From NCBI GenBank assembly GCA_965217075.1, contig CBDCHC010000005.1:22378-86377 (forward strand): 64,000 bases of DNA. Direction: 5' to 3'. This DNA comes from Gammaproteobacteria bacterium. Lineage in GTDB: Bacteria; Pseudomonadota; Gammaproteobacteria; PS1; Pseudothioglobaceae. Both the position numbers and the translations under genes were made by a program. Shown piece after piece: positions 45,830 through 57,374 of the stretch; position 1 is the first letter of the stretch, and each line of letters opens with the position of its first letter. The notes under the pieces are model-generated. The model was given only the letters and a program-made list of their open reading frames with translations. It made no database searches and was not told the DNA's origin.

Positions 45830-47689
45830 ATGAGCAAAAAAAATTATAAATTTAAAACTGAAATTACCCAACTACTAGACTTAATGGTACATTCTTTGTA
45901 TTCTAATTCTGAAATATTTTTGCGCGAGTTAATTTCAAATTCAGCTGATGCTATAGATAAGCTTAAATTTAGCGCTCTTAAGGACGATAAACTTATAGAA
46001 GGAAAAGAACAATTAAAAATATATATTGATTTTGATAAAAATAAAAAAACTGTTACTATTACAGATGATGGTATTGGTATGACAGCAGATGAAGTAAGGG
46101 AAAATATAGGTATTATTGCTAATTCAGGCACTAAAAAATTCTTACAAGTTATGAAGGATAAAGATGCTAAAAATAATAATCTTATTGGGCAATTTGGAGT
46201 TGGTTTTTACTCTAGTTTTATTGTAGCAAAAAAAGTAGAGTTGTTTACTAGAAAAGCAGGTGATAATAAGAAAAATGGCAGTAAGTGGGTATCAGCCGGT
46301 AAAGGAGATTATTCTTTAGAAAATATTGTATTAGAAGATTTTGGTACTAAAGTGGTGTTGCATTTAAGAGACGAGCATGTAAGTTTTGCTGATAATTATA
46401 CGCTACGTAGTATTATTACTAAATATTCTGATCATATAACAGTACCAATTGAGATGTTAAAAGTTAATACTGATGATAAAGACGATAAGGAAATAGAGCA
46501 TGAGGTTGTAAACAAAGCTAATGCTTTTTGGACTAAGGATAAAACAAAGATTAAACCAGCAGAATATAATGAGTTTTACAAATCGCTTAGTTATGATTTT
46601 GAGGATCCGTTAGCAGTTATACATAATAAAGTTGAGGGTAAGTTAGAATATACATCGCTATTATACATCCCAAGTAAAGCGCCTTTTGATATGTATGAAC
46701 CAAAAAGAAAAAATGGCATTAAATTGTATGCTAAGAGAATTTTTATTACAGAAGATAATGAAAAATTAATGCCACTTTATTTACGTTTTATCAAAGGTGT
46801 TATTGATACAGCTGATTTACCATTAAATGTATCGCGTGAAATCTTACAAAGTAATAAGGTAGTTGATACTATTAAAAAAGCAAGTGTTAGTAGAATTTTA
46901 AAAGAATTAGATAAAATTAGTAAAAACAAACCTGAAAAGTATGCTAAATTCTGGCAAGAATTTGGTGCTGTTATGAAAGAAGGTATTGTTGAAGATTTTG
47001 CTAATAAAGATAAAATTGCTAATTTATTACGCTTTACTACTACTAAATCTGAAGAAAATTTACAAGAAACTTCTTTGATAGATTACATAAGTAGAATGCA
47101 AAAAGAGCAGAAAGATATCTATTATATAACAGCAGATAGTTATGAGGCGGCTAAGGATTCGCCTCATTTAGAAATTTTTAAGCAAAAAAATATTGAAGTA
47201 TTATTACTTACAGACAGAGTAGATGAATGGTTGGTTAGTAATTTTACTGAGTTTGAGGGTAAAAAATTACGCTCAATTGCCAAAGGAGAACTGTCAGATT
47301 TAGAATCAAAAGATGAAAAGATCAAACATGATAAATTGTTAAAAGATTATGACGAGGTCGTTAAAAAAGCTAAAGAAGTATTAGCTGATAAAGTAAAAGA
47401 TGTACGTATTTCATCTCGTTTGAGTGATTCTGCTTCTTGTTTGATTGCTGATGAAAGTGATATGGGTGGTAATATGCAGCGAATATTAAAATCTTTAGGG
47501 CAAAGTGCACCCGAGGTTAAACCTATTTTAGAATTAAATCCTCAGCATGTTTTAGTTAAAAAATTAAAAAACAAAACTGATAAGGATTTATTAAATATTT
47601 TATTTGATCAAGCAGTGTTAAGCGAAGGTGGCAAAATAAAGGAACCAGCAAAATTTGTTAAAATGATGAATAAATTAATAGTTGTATAA
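45830..47689 (+). CDS. htpG: molecular chaperone HtpG (Hsp90)
   Basis: 619 aa with ELISNSADA, GQFGVGFYS and LNVSREILQ. Confidence 0.96.
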   Translation: MSKKNYKFKTEITQLLDLMVHSLYSNSEIFLRELISNSADAIDKLKFSALKDDKLIEGKEQLKIYIDFDKNKKTVTITDDGIGMTADEVRENIGIIANSGTKKFLQVMKDKDAKNNNLIGQFGVGFYSSFIVAKKVELFTRKAGDNKKNGSKWVSAGKGDYSLENIVLEDFGTKVVLHLRDEHVSFADNYTLRSIITKYSDHITVPIEMLKVNTDDKDDKEIEHEVVNKANAFWTKDKTKIKPAEYNEFYKSLSYDFEDPLAVIHNKVEGKLEYTSLLYIPSKAPFDMYEPKRKNGIKLYAKRIFITEDNEKLMPLYLRFIKGVIDTADLPLNVSREILQSNKVVDTIKKASVSRILKELDKISKNKPEKYAKFWQEFGAVMKEGIVEDFANKDKIANLLRFTTTKSEENLQETSLIDYISRMQKEQKDIYYITADSYEAAKDSPHLEIFKQKNIEVLLLTDRVDEWLVSNFTEFEGKKLRSIAKGELSDLESKDEKIKHDKLLKDYDEVVKKAKEVLADKVKDVRISSRLSDSASCLIADESDMGGNMQRILKSLGQSAPEVKPILELNPQHVLVKKLKNKTDKDLLNILFDQAVLSEGGKIKEPAKFVKMMNKLIVV

Positions 47690-47782
47690 TAAAGCGTAGT
47701 AGCATTTACTTTTTAGCGTAAAATTATTCGTTCGTATATTTGGTCGCAAAATATACATTTTTTTTATTATTTGGAGAGAATT

Positions 47783-48448
47783 ATGAGCATAGTATTAAAT
47801 GCTAAAGTAAGAAATGATAAAGGTAAGGGTGCGAGCCGCCGCCTACGTCATAATAAACAAATTCCAGCAATTGTATATGGTGGTACTAAGCATCCGCCTA
47901 TAGCTATTGTTGTTGATTTATTTACCATAACTAATATGTTAGAAGATGATACAATTTATACTTCTATATTAGATTTAGTTATAGAAGGTAAAAAAGAAAA
48001 TGTAATTATTAAAGATTTACAACAACATCCATATAAAAATATAGTAACTCATATTGATTTTCAGCGTATTGATGCTAAGGCTGCAATTACTACTAAGATT
48101 CCAGTAAATATTACTGGTGGAGACGATAATACAGACGTACGTCTTGGTGCAGTAATTAATCAATTTATTACTACTATAGAAGTAGTTTGTTTACCAAAAA
48201 ATTTACCACATAGTGTAGATATTGATGTTGCTAAATTAAAACTTGGTGAACATTTAAGCTTGACTGATATAATTATGCCAAAAGGAGTAGAGATAGTTGC
48301 ACTTAATCATGATGATATAGAGGCTTATAATCAAACAGTTGTAGCTATAAACGCTGCTAGAAAAATGGCTGATATAGATGAAGATGATGAAACTACAGAT
48401 AAAGATGCAGATGAAGATGTAACTGAGGAAGATAAAGAAGAAAAGTAA
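47783..48448 (+). CDS. rplY: 50S ribosomal protein L25 (Ctc form)
   Basis: It has GKGASRRLR, a two-domain Ctc-type length and an acidic tail. A GGAGAG RBS precedes the ATG at 47783; the track start at 47771 is a TTG inside the RBS. Confidence 0.9.
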   Translation: MSIVLNAKVRNDKGKGASRRLRHNKQIPAIVYGGTKHPPIAIVVDLFTITNMLEDDTIYTSILDLVIEGKKENVIIKDLQQHPYKNIVTHIDFQRIDAKAAITTKIPVNITGGDDNTDVRLGAVINQFITTIEVVCLPKNLPHSVDIDVAKLKLGEHLSLTDIIMPKGVEIVALNHDDIEAYNQTVVAINAARKMADIDEDDETTDKDADEDVTEEDKEEK

Positions 48449-48464
48449 TTATATATAGCATATA

Positions 48465-49046
48465 ATGGCAATAAAATTGATAGTTGGTCTTGGTAATCCA
48501 GGAGAAAAATATCGTTTCAATCGTCATAATAGTGGTTTTGTGGTAATCGATGCTATAGCAAATAATTATAATGCTCATTTTTTATACCAAGCAAAATTTT
48601 TTGCTGATATTGCTAAAATCAATATTAATACTAATCAATTAATTTTATTAAAACCACAGACATACATGAATAATTCAGCTAAGTCTGTTAGTAGCATAGT
48701 AAATTTTTTTAGTATTAATCCTGAGCAAATTTTAGTAGTACATGATGATTTAGATTTAGAATTTAGTGATATAAGAATTAAAATAGCTGGTGGGCATGGC
48801 GGACATAATGGTTTAAGAGATATTATTAGTCATATAGGTAATAATTTTTATCGCTTAAGGATGGGTATTGGCAGGCCTGTTAATCATACTAATGTTAGTA
48901 ATTTTGTGTTATCAGATTTTACTAAGAATGAAAAAAAAATTATTGATAGTAATATATTATTAGCGTTAACAGCAATACCAGGTATTATCAATGGAGATAT
49001 TACTATTGCAATGCAAAAATTACAGGAAGGTTTAAATGGGATTTAA
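48465..49046 (+). CDS. pth: peptidyl-tRNA hydrolase
   Basis: 193 aa with [15 protein letters not shown] and [11 protein letters not shown]. Confidence 0.95.
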   Translation: MAIKLIVGLGNPGEKYRFNRHNSGFVVIDAIANNYNAHFLYQAKFFADIAKININTNQLILLKPQTYMNNSAKSVSSIVNFFSINPEQILVVHDDLDLEFSDIRIKIAGGHGGHNGLRDIISHIGNNFYRLRMGIGRPVNHTNVSNFVLSDFTKNEKKIIDSNILLALTAIPGIINGDITIAMQKLQEGLNGI

Positions 49047-50127
49047 ATGTGGTATAGTTGGCATGCCAAATGTTGGTAAATCAACTCTTTTTAATGCGCT
49101 AACTAAAGTTAGTATTGAAATAGCAAATTATCCATTTTGTACTATAGAGCCTAATATTGGTATAGTATATGTTAACGATAATCGTTTGAATAGTTTAGCA
49201 AAAATTGTACAACCACAAAAAGTTTTGCCTACTACAATGGAATTTGTAGATATAGCTGGTTTGGTAAAAGGAGCATCACAAGGAGATGGACTGGGCAATC
49301 AGTTTTTAGCAAATATTAAAACAACAGAGGCTATTATACATGTAGTACGTTGTTTTGATAATGAAGATATTATACATGTAAATGGCAAGGTTTCACCAAT
49401 TGATGATATTGAAATAATTAATACTGAGTTAATGTTAGCGGATTTAAGCACTGTTAACAATATATATTATAAGGCAATAAAAAGCACTAAATCTGGGCAA
49501 AAAGATGATTTATTGTTAAAGCAATTATTAGAAAAAATTATTAAATCATTAGAAGATGGTGTAGCTGTGCGTTTTTTAAAGATTAGTGATAAAGAAAATA
49601 AGTTGTTAAAAACAATGCAATTATTAACTGCTAAGCCAGTATTATATGTAGCTAATGTAGATGATAATAATTTTGAAGATAATGTGTATCTTCAGCAAGT
49701 TATTACTTATGCTAAAGAAGAAAGTACTAAGGTTGTAGCTATCTGTGCTGATATTGAGGCAGAAATCAGCGCTCTTGATAATAAAGATCAAAAAGAATTT
49801 TTAGCTGAAATTGGACAAAATAAATCAGGACTTGATAGAATAATTGAAGCTGGATACAAGTTACTAGGTCTGCAAACTTATTTTACTGCAGGAGTAAAAG
49901 AAGTGCGTGCTTGGACTATTAAAAAAGGTGATAACGCTCCTAAGGCTGCAAGTAAAATTCATGGGGATTTTGAGCGTGGTTTTATTCGAGCAGAGGTGAT
50001 ATCTTATGACGATTTTATTAAATATAACGGCGAGAAAGGCGCTAAAGAATCAGGTAAAATTAGAGTAGAAGGTAAAGATTACATAGTTAAGGACGGAGAC
50101 ATAATTCATTTTTTATTTAATGTATGA
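49036..50127 (+). CDS. ychF: ribosome-binding ATPase YchF
   Basis: 363 aa with [18 protein letters not shown] and C-terminal TGS-like [11 protein letters not shown]. Confidence 0.95.
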   Translation: MGFKCGIVGMPNVGKSTLFNALTKVSIEIANYPFCTIEPNIGIVYVNDNRLNSLAKIVQPQKVLPTTMEFVDIAGLVKGASQGDGLGNQFLANIKTTEAIIHVVRCFDNEDIIHVNGKVSPIDDIEIINTELMLADLSTVNNIYYKAIKSTKSGQKDDLLLKQLLEKIIKSLEDGVAVRFLKISDKENKLLKTMQLLTAKPVLYVANVDDNNFEDNVYLQQVITYAKEESTKVVAICADIEAEISALDNKDQKEFLAEIGQNKSGLDRIIEAGYKLLGLQTYFTAGVKEVRAWTIKKGDNAPKAASKIHGDFERGFIRAEVISYDDFIKYNGEKGAKESGKIRVEGKDYIVKDGDIIHFLFNV

Positions 50128-51641
50128 AACAAACTAAATTACTTATTATTTTAGATGGTTGGGGCTATAGTAAACAAATTGAGCATAATGCTATTGCACT
50201 AGCAAATACTCCTACTTGGGGTAAACTATTGGTTAAATTCTCACATACACTTATTAATACGTCAGGTACTCATGTTGGCTTGCTTGGCAATCAAATGGGT
50301 AATTCCGAGGTTGGGCATTTAAATATAGGCTCCGGTAGAGTTGTTAGTCAAGAACTATCGCGTATTCATAAAGCAATTGACAACGGTGAGTTTTTTCATA
50401 ATATTGTACTGAAAAACCAATTTAAATATGCTGCAGTTAATAATAAAGCAGTACATATTATAGGCCTTATATCAGATGGCGGTGTGCATTCACATTTAGA
50501 TCATATTAAGGCTATGTTAAAAATGGCACAACAAAATAAATGTAGTAATGTCTACTTACATTTATTTACTGATGGTAGAGATTGTCCTCCTAAAAGCGCA
50601 ATAAAATATATTAATATAATTGAAGCTGAAATAGATAAATTAAAAATAGGTAGAATTGCTACTATTATTGGCAGGTATTATGCTATGGACAGAGATAATC
50701 GCTGGGATAGAACTCGTTTAGCTTTTGAGCTTATTATGGGCAGTAATGCAAAGTTTACGGCAAATAGTGCAAATGAAGCTATAGAGTCTGCTTATAGTAG
50801 AGGGGAAAGCGATGAATTTATTAATAGTACAGTTATTAAAGATAAGATAGTAATTAATAAAAATGATGTTATTATTTGTATTAATTATCGCGCAGATAGA
50901 GTTAGACAAATAACTCAGGCTTTTATTGATAATGATTTTAATGGTTTTTCACGTGGAGTATTTGCTGGAGTACAGTACTGCTGTCTAACAGAATATAAAA
51001 AAACTTTTAATGTACCAACTGCTTTCCCTAGTATGAAGCTAAATAATGTTTTAGGCAAATATTTATCAAATTTAGGTAAATTACAACTTAGGATAGCAGA
51101 AACAGAAAAATATGCACATGTTACATTTTTTTTAAATGGTGGTGTTGAAGAGCCTTTTATTGGTGAAGATAGAATTATAATACCATCACCAAATGTTGCT
51201 ACGTACGATTTACAACCAGAAATGAGCGCTTACAAATTAACAGACGAATTAATAATAGCATTAAAGAGTAATAAGTATGATTTAATAATATGTAACTATG
51301 CTAATACAGACATGGTTGGTCATAGTGGTAAACTGGCACCAGCTATTCAAGCAGTTGAGACAATCGATAATTGTTTATCAAAATTATACAAAGTAATTGA
51401 CAATAATAATTATGAAGCAATTATTACTGCTGATCATGGTAATGTAGAAAAAATGTTTGATGTTGTAACTAATACAGCCCATACAGCCCATACATCTAAT
51501 CCTGTGCCTCTGCTGCTTATTAGTAAGACAAATAAATTATCTGCAAAAATTGGTGCATTATCTGATATTGCCCCTACAATTTTACAAATGATGGAGCTTG
51601 ATAAGCCGATAGAAATGAGTGGTAAGAGTTTATTATTATGA
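50124..51641 (+). CDS. gpmI: 2,3-bisphosphoglycerate-independent phosphoglycerate mutase
   Basis: 505 aa with [21 protein letters not shown], and ADHGN. Confidence 0.95.
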   Translation: MKQTKLLIILDGWGYSKQIEHNAIALANTPTWGKLLVKFSHTLINTSGTHVGLLGNQMGNSEVGHLNIGSGRVVSQELSRIHKAIDNGEFFHNIVLKNQFKYAAVNNKAVHIIGLISDGGVHSHLDHIKAMLKMAQQNKCSNVYLHLFTDGRDCPPKSAIKYINIIEAEIDKLKIGRIATIIGRYYAMDRDNRWDRTRLAFELIMGSNAKFTANSANEAIESAYSRGESDEFINSTVIKDKIVINKNDVIICINYRADRVRQITQAFIDNDFNGFSRGVFAGVQYCCLTEYKKTFNVPTAFPSMKLNNVLGKYLSNLGKLQLRIAETEKYAHVTFFLNGGVEEPFIGEDRIIIPSPNVATYDLQPEMSAYKLTDELIIALKSNKYDLIICNYANTDMVGHSGKLAPAIQAVETIDNCLSKLYKVIDNNNYEAIITADHGNVEKMFDVVTNTAHTAHTSNPVPLLLISKTNKLSAKIGALSDIAPTILQMMELDKPIEMSGKSLLL

Positions 51642-52456
51642 GTATGAGTTTTGATAAAGCTTTAATTAATAAAAATGCTGCTATTTTTTTGTTATTACTT
51701 GCTATTATTTATTTAGCTTATGTTTTAGCAGATCTTATTTGGTTTGTTAATATTGACAATAGACACACTGTACAAACATCTAAAATAATATCAGACAACA
51801 AACAATATCAATATATACCAACTGATATTTTTGGCGATATTAATAAGAAAAATACTAAAAAAGTAAATTATAAAAATATTAAAACCACAAAACTTAATTT
51901 ATTATTAATTGGCATTGTTAAAAATTTATATAATTCCTATGCAATTATAAAACATAATAACGGCAAAAGTATAGTATTGAAAATAGGTGATAAAATAGGT
52001 AATACTAAATTAATAGAAATTAATAATAATTTTGTGATATTTAGTCGCAATGGCAACAAAGAAAAATTAGCAATTGATTTTAAATATAAAAATTTTAATC
52101 ATAAAACTACAAAAATTATAACTAAACAATTAGATTATAACCAAAAAAATATATTAAAAACATATCTAAAAGCAGCACAAACTAACCCAGCTAAATTATT
52201 AGCTATAATAAAATTAGAGCCTAATTTTATTAATGGCAAACTACATGGTTTTATTGTATACCCATCTATAGAAAAAAGATTATTTAAGAAAATTGGTTTT
52301 TTATCTGGAGATATTATTTTAAATATCAATAATATTGAGTTAAATGATATTAAAAAATCATTTAAAATTGGTAAAGAATTAGCGAGTAGTAATATTTTTA
52401 ATATAACTATTAAGAGAAATAATACTACTCAATATATTAACATAGACTTAAATTAA
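51638..52456 (+). CDS. gspC: type II secretion system protein C
   Basis: 272 aa with an N-terminal TM helix, an HR domain (LLLIGIV...AIIKHNNGKSIVLKIGDKI...VIFSRNGNKEKL) and a C-terminal PDZ-like region (GFLSGDIILNINN). It lies directly upstream of gspD. Confidence 0.75.
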   Translation: MSMSFDKALINKNAAIFLLLLAIIYLAYVLADLIWFVNIDNRHTVQTSKIISDNKQYQYIPTDIFGDINKKNTKKVNYKNIKTTKLNLLLIGIVKNLYNSYAIIKHNNGKSIVLKIGDKIGNTKLIEINNNFVIFSRNGNKEKLAIDFKYKNFNHKTTKIITKQLDYNQKNILKTYLKAAQTNPAKLLAIIKLEPNFINGKLHGFIVYPSIEKRLFKKIGFLSGDIILNINNIELNDIKKSFKIGKELASSNIFNITIKRNNTTQYINIDLN

Positions 52457-52457
52457 A

Positions 52458-54305
52458 ATGATTAAAATTATATCAATATTCTTGCTATTATTTAGTATAA
52501 GTGCTAAAGCACTTATACTAAATTTAAAAAATGTTGAAATTAAAACTTTAATCAATACTATTTCAATGGCAACTGGTAAAAATTTTGTTATTGACCCTAG
52601 AGTAAAAGGCAGAGTCAATGTAATTAGCAATAGAGATATTGATAATAATCAGTTGTATCAAGTGTTTTTAGCTGTATTAAGAACACATGGTTTTATTGTA
52701 ATAAAAGGTGATAATATTAATCGTATCTTGCCTAAAAACCTTACTAAAAGCGAGTCTGCTATTATCAGTGGCGATGATACTATTGTTACTATAGTTATTA
52801 AGTTAGAAAATATAACTGCACTTAAATTAGTGCCACTTATAAGACCTTTAATGTCACAATACGGACTATTGTCTGTTTATACACCTAATAATAGTATTAT
52901 TGCCGTAGATAATGGTAGTAATATTTCTAGACTAAAAACTATAATAACTAAATTAGATAAGCCAGTAACAGATGATTTTGAGTTTATTAAAGTTTACCAT
53001 GCAGATGCAACACAATTACTTAACATTCTTAAATCAATTTTTAAAAAAGTAGATAACGCTCCTAATATAAATTTAGATAAATATAACAATCAACTAATAA
53101 TAAGTGGCACAGAGTCAAGTAGATTAAAAATTAGATTATTAGTTAACGAATTAGATAAAAAAAATAAACAAAATAGCAATACTTCTGTAGTTTATCTTAA
53201 ATATAGTAATGCTAAAAAAATTCTACCTATTTTACAAAATATTATTAAAAGCAATAGTAATCAAAAAAACAATAAATCAAGTATTCAAGCAGATCCTGAT
53301 ACTAATAGCATAATTATTACTGGCGACAATATTATTAAAAATATTGTTAAAGATATTATAGTTAAGCTAGATATAAGGAGAGCACAAGTACTTATAGAGG
53401 CAATTATAGTAGAGATAAGTTTATCATCTATTAAAGAACTTGGTATGCAGTGGATATTAAGTAGTAAAAACGGCATAGGTTTTGTTAATTTTAATAATAT
53501 AATTTCATCTTTAGTGGCTAATGCAACAAATGTTAGTGTTCCAGGTGGTGCTAATTTTGTAGCTGGAAAATTTGATAAAAATACTAAAGAGGGTTTTGGT
53601 TTATTAATTAGTGCATTAAATGGCACAGGTAATGCTAATATTTTATCCACTCCATCTATTGTTACTCTGGATAATGAAGAAGCAGAAATTGTAGTAGGGC
53701 AGGAAGTACCATTTATAACTAATAGTCAATTAAAAAACAGTTCTAATAATCCTTTTCAAAATTATGAAAGAAAAAATGTTGGGTTAACACTTAAAGTAAA
53801 GCCACAAATAAATAGTGGCGATTCTATTAGATTAGATATTTCTCAAGAAATATCTAGCATCTTACCATCATCTAAAGCCTCTGATTTAATTACATCAAAA
53901 AGAAGTCTTAAGACCTCAGTAATGGTTGAGGATAAAAAATTATTAATATTAGGTGGTTTGATAGATGAAGTTACTCGTACAAATAAAGATAAAATTCCGT
54001 TCCTTGGCGATATACCTATTTTAGGTGCTTTATTTTCTTATAATACAGAAAGTAAAGATAAGCGTAATTTAATGATTTTTATTCGGCCAACAATTTTAAA
54101 GAATCAAATGCTAACTGATAGTATTAGCATGGAGAAGTATAACTTTATTAAGGCACAAAAAATAATAAGTGCAATAGAAAATATTGATAACACTAGTGCC
54201 GTGCAACAGAAAATAGCTAAAAAATCAATTAGCGAGAATGTAATAAAAGAGACAGTAGAAGAAACTAAACAATATATAGAAAGTATATATGAAGAAGACG
54301 AATAA
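52458..54305 (+). CDS. gspD: type II secretion system secretin
   Basis: 615 aa with N0-N3 repeats and a secretin core (ILSTPSIVTLDNEEAEIVVGQEVPF, KIPFLGDIPILGALF). Confidence 0.92.
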   Translation: MIKIISIFLLLFSISAKALILNLKNVEIKTLINTISMATGKNFVIDPRVKGRVNVISNRDIDNNQLYQVFLAVLRTHGFIVIKGDNINRILPKNLTKSESAIISGDDTIVTIVIKLENITALKLVPLIRPLMSQYGLLSVYTPNNSIIAVDNGSNISRLKTIITKLDKPVTDDFEFIKVYHADATQLLNILKSIFKKVDNAPNINLDKYNNQLIISGTESSRLKIRLLVNELDKKNKQNSNTSVVYLKYSNAKKILPILQNIIKSNSNQKNNKSSIQADPDTNSIIITGDNIIKNIVKDIIVKLDIRRAQVLIEAIIVEISLSSIKELGMQWILSSKNGIGFVNFNNIISSLVANATNVSVPGGANFVAGKFDKNTKEGFGLLISALNGTGNANILSTPSIVTLDNEEAEIVVGQEVPFITNSQLKNSSNNPFQNYERKNVGLTLKVKPQINSGDSIRLDISQEISSILPSSKASDLITSKRSLKTSVMVEDKKLLILGGLIDEVTRTNKDKIPFLGDIPILGALFSYNTESKDKRNLMIFIRPTILKNQMLTDSISMEKYNFIKAQKIISAIENIDNTSAVQQKIAKKSISENVIKETVEETKQYIESIYEEDE

Positions 54306-55749
54306 AATAGCAAATGATCCAATTCTGCCGTTTGTCTTTGCTAAAGAAAATAATATATTACTAATAAATAATATATTAGAATATGTTTCTTTACCTAATA
54401 TTAGTATTTTGAGTGAAATACATCGCAAGTATAATAATTTGGTATTTAAACAAACATCTGAGGCTGAATTAATAAAAAAGATACAAAAGTTTTATGAAAA
54501 TTCATCAATTAATAATTTAGATAATTATGATAATTATGACGAACTTACAGAGATTGCTGAAGATATTAATAAACCAGTAGAATTATTAGATGATGATGAT
54601 GATGCCCCAATTATTCGTTTATTAAATGCTATTTTTGCTGAAGCAATTTTAAAAGAAGCATCTGATATTCATATTGAAATTTATGAAAATAAAATGCGTG
54701 TTAGACTGCGTATCAATGGTTCTCTTATTACTATTTTAGAGCCAAATCAAAAAGTCGCACCGCTTATAGTTTCAAGAGTTAAGGTTATGGCAAAGCTTGA
54801 TATTGCAGAAAAACGCCTACCACAAGATGGTAGAATTGCTATAACGTTAGGTACTAGAGCAGTAGATATGCGTATTTCTACTATTCCAGCAGCAGCAGGC
54901 GAAAAGGTTGTATTGCGCTTATTAGATAAGCAAGTTGGTAGACTGCAATTACAACAACTAGGAATGAATGACGATTGTTATAATAAAATGGTTACTTTGC
55001 TTAATAAACCACATGGTATTATTTTAGTAACAGGACCAACAGGCTCGGGTAAAACTACTACATTATATGCTGCTCTTAGTATATTAAATGATAGTGAAAG
55101 AAATATTATGACAGTAGAAGATCCTATAGAGTACCATATATATGGCATTAATCAAACACAAATAAATGCTAAAATTAACATGACTTTTGCTAAGGGTTTA
55201 CGAGCTATTTTACGCCAAGACCCAGATATTATTATGGTAGGTGAAATTCGTGACAGTGAAACAGCACAGATTGCTATTCAAGCTAGCTTAACTGGGCATT
55301 TAGTATTTTCAACATTACATACAAATAGCGCTATAGGAGCTATTACTAGGTTAAAAGATATGGGTGTAGAATCATTTTTATTATCATCTAGTATTAATGC
55401 AGTATTAGCTCAAAGATTACTTAGAAGATTATGCGATGACTGTAAAATAAGTAGCACTACAGATGCATCACAAATGTTAAGACTTGCTATTAAAGTAAAA
55501 AGTGTAATTTATAAAGCATGTGGCTGTAAAAAATGTAATTATAGTGGTTATAGTGGTAGAATTGGTTTATATGAATTAGTAGTATTAGATGATAATGCTA
55601 GAGAAATTATTCATAATTCTGCTAATGAAAATGATATAACAAACTATTTTACCGATAAATATATTTCTTTAAGGCAACAAGCTAAAGAATTAGTTTTAAG
55701 CGGGAAAACTAGCTTAGACGAGGCAATAAGGCTGGTGCTTAATCAATGA
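54289..55749 (+). CDS. gspE: type II secretion system ATPase
   Basis: 486 aa with Walker [13 protein letters not shown], the Asp box, the His box TGHLVFSTLHTN, and tetracysteine CDDC...CKKC. Confidence 0.94.
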   Translation: MKKTNKIANDPILPFVFAKENNILLINNILEYVSLPNISILSEIHRKYNNLVFKQTSEAELIKKIQKFYENSSINNLDNYDNYDELTEIAEDINKPVELLDDDDDAPIIRLLNAIFAEAILKEASDIHIEIYENKMRVRLRINGSLITILEPNQKVAPLIVSRVKVMAKLDIAEKRLPQDGRIAITLGTRAVDMRISTIPAAAGEKVVLRLLDKQVGRLQLQQLGMNDDCYNKMVTLLNKPHGIILVTGPTGSGKTTTLYAALSILNDSERNIMTVEDPIEYHIYGINQTQINAKINMTFAKGLRAILRQDPDIIMVGEIRDSETAQIAIQASLTGHLVFSTLHTNSAIGAITRLKDMGVESFLLSSSINAVLAQRLLRRLCDDCKISSTTDASQMLRLAIKVKSVIYKACGCKKCNYSGYSGRIGLYELVVLDDNAREIIHNSANENDITNYFTDKYISLRQQAKELVLSGKTSLDEAIRLVLNQ

Positions 55750-56948
55750 TTTTTAATTATAAAGTTATTACCAAGGAAAATAAACATATAAATGGCAGTA
55801 TTAATGCTGATAGCTTGAAAGAGGCTAATAGATCTTTGCGTAATAAAAACTATATTATTATAGATATAAAAAGCACTAAATTAAAAGCTAATTTTAATAA
55901 AAAATTATTTAACACTAAGTTAAACATTAAAGATGTGATAATATTTTCTAGACAGCTGTCTTCTCTTATTGCAGCAGCTATTCCTATTGATGAAGCTTTG
56001 CAAACTATAATGCAAGATAACAGCAATAAAGCGCTCAATAAAATAGTTGTTGATGTACATAGTAGTATTTTAACTGGCAATAGTCTTTATCAGGCATTAA
56101 AGGCAACTAATGCTTTTGATAATTATTTTATTGCCAGTATTAAATCTGGGGAAAAAGGCGCACAATTAGCGATGGTATTAGAGCAATTATCAGTTGAGGC
56201 AGAAAAACAATATAAATTTAAAAAAAAAATCAGCTCAGCACTTGTTTACCCAGTAACAGTAAGTATTGTTGCCTTTAGCGTTATTATTAGTTTATTTGTT
56301 TTTGTAGTACCACAAATAACTAGTGTTTTTATTAATAATAATCAAGCATTGCCACCTATTACTATTAAAGTAATGGCAATTAGCGAGTATGTTAGTACTA
56401 ATATAGTATTTATTGTAATTAGTTTTATTGTTGCTTTAATTATTATTAAATTATTATTTTCTTATGAAAAAATAAAATACATGTGGCATAAAATTTTGGC
56501 TAAAGTACCAGTTATTGGTAATTTAATAATAACCGCTAATGCTACTCGTTTTGCTAGAGCTCTTGCTATTTTGCATAGTAGCGGTATACCAATGGTTGAG
56601 GCTTTAAAATATGCGCTGGAAGTAATAAAATTTCTACCTATGAAACAAGCAATTACTATTAGTATTGATAAAGTATCGGCTGGCAGTAGTATTTATTTAG
56701 CACTTAAACAACAAAATGCCTTGCCAGCTATTATGCTTTATATGATAGCTAGTGGCGAAAAATCTTCTAATTTATTTAATATGTTAGTAAAAGCAGCAGA
56801 TAATGGTGAGTACGATCTTGATAATACAGTGCAAAAGATTATTAGTATTTTTGAGCCAGCAATGATACTATTTATGGGTATTATAGTATTACTTATAGTG
56901 GTTGCAGTATTATTGCCTATTTTTGAGATGAATAATGCTATTTTATAG
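55746..56948 (+). CDS. gspF: type II secretion system inner-membrane platform protein
   Basis: 400 aa with a duplicated GspF-type domain and three TM segments. It contains an intact A10 run at 56220-56229. Confidence 0.92.
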   Translation: MIFNYKVITKENKHINGSINADSLKEANRSLRNKNYIIIDIKSTKLKANFNKKLFNTKLNIKDVIIFSRQLSSLIAAAIPIDEALQTIMQDNSNKALNKIVVDVHSSILTGNSLYQALKATNAFDNYFIASIKSGEKGAQLAMVLEQLSVEAEKQYKFKKKISSALVYPVTVSIVAFSVIISLFVFVVPQITSVFINNNQALPPITIKVMAISEYVSTNIVFIVISFIVALIIIKLLFSYEKIKYMWHKILAKVPVIGNLIITANATRFARALAILHSSGIPMVEALKYALEVIKFLPMKQAITISIDKVSAGSSIYLALKQQNALPAIMLYMIASGEKSSNLFNMLVKAADNGEYDLDNTVQKIISIFEPAMILFMGIIVLLIVVAVLLPIFEMNNAIL

Positions 56949-57035
56949 TTTACTATTTTATTTAATGCTCAAGCTAATGCAGTAGTCTTTATTATCTATT
57001 ATGATAAAATTATATAATTTTTAGAGGAAAATGAA

Positions 57036-57374
57036 ATGAAATTAATCAGTGCGATACTTAGGCCATATATTTTAGACGATATGAGAGAAGCATTGGGGAG
57101 TATAGGTGTATCTGGTATGACTGTAACTGAGGTTAAAGGGTTTGGTAGGCAAAAAGGACATACAGAGCTGTATCGTGGTAGTGAATATCAAATTGACTTT
57201 CTACCTAAGATTAAATTAGAAATTGCTATTAAAAATGATAAAGTAGATGAAGTTGTAGCAATTATAAAAAATACTGCTAATACAGGTAAAGTAGGCGATG
57301 GTAAAATTTTTATTACTAATTTAAATAGTGTTATTCGCATCAGAACTGGTGAGGAAAATCATGACGCTCTTTAG
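57036..57374 (+). CDS. glnK: nitrogen regulatory protein P-II
   Basis: 112 aa with a T-loop carrying Tyr51 (GHTELYRGSEY). It is paired with amtB. Confidence 0.94.
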   Translation: MKLISAILRPYILDDMREALGSIGVSGMTVTEVKGFGRQKGHTELYRGSEYQIDFLPKIKLEIAIKNDKVDEVVAIIKNTANTGKVGDGKIFITNLNSVIRIRTGEENHDAL

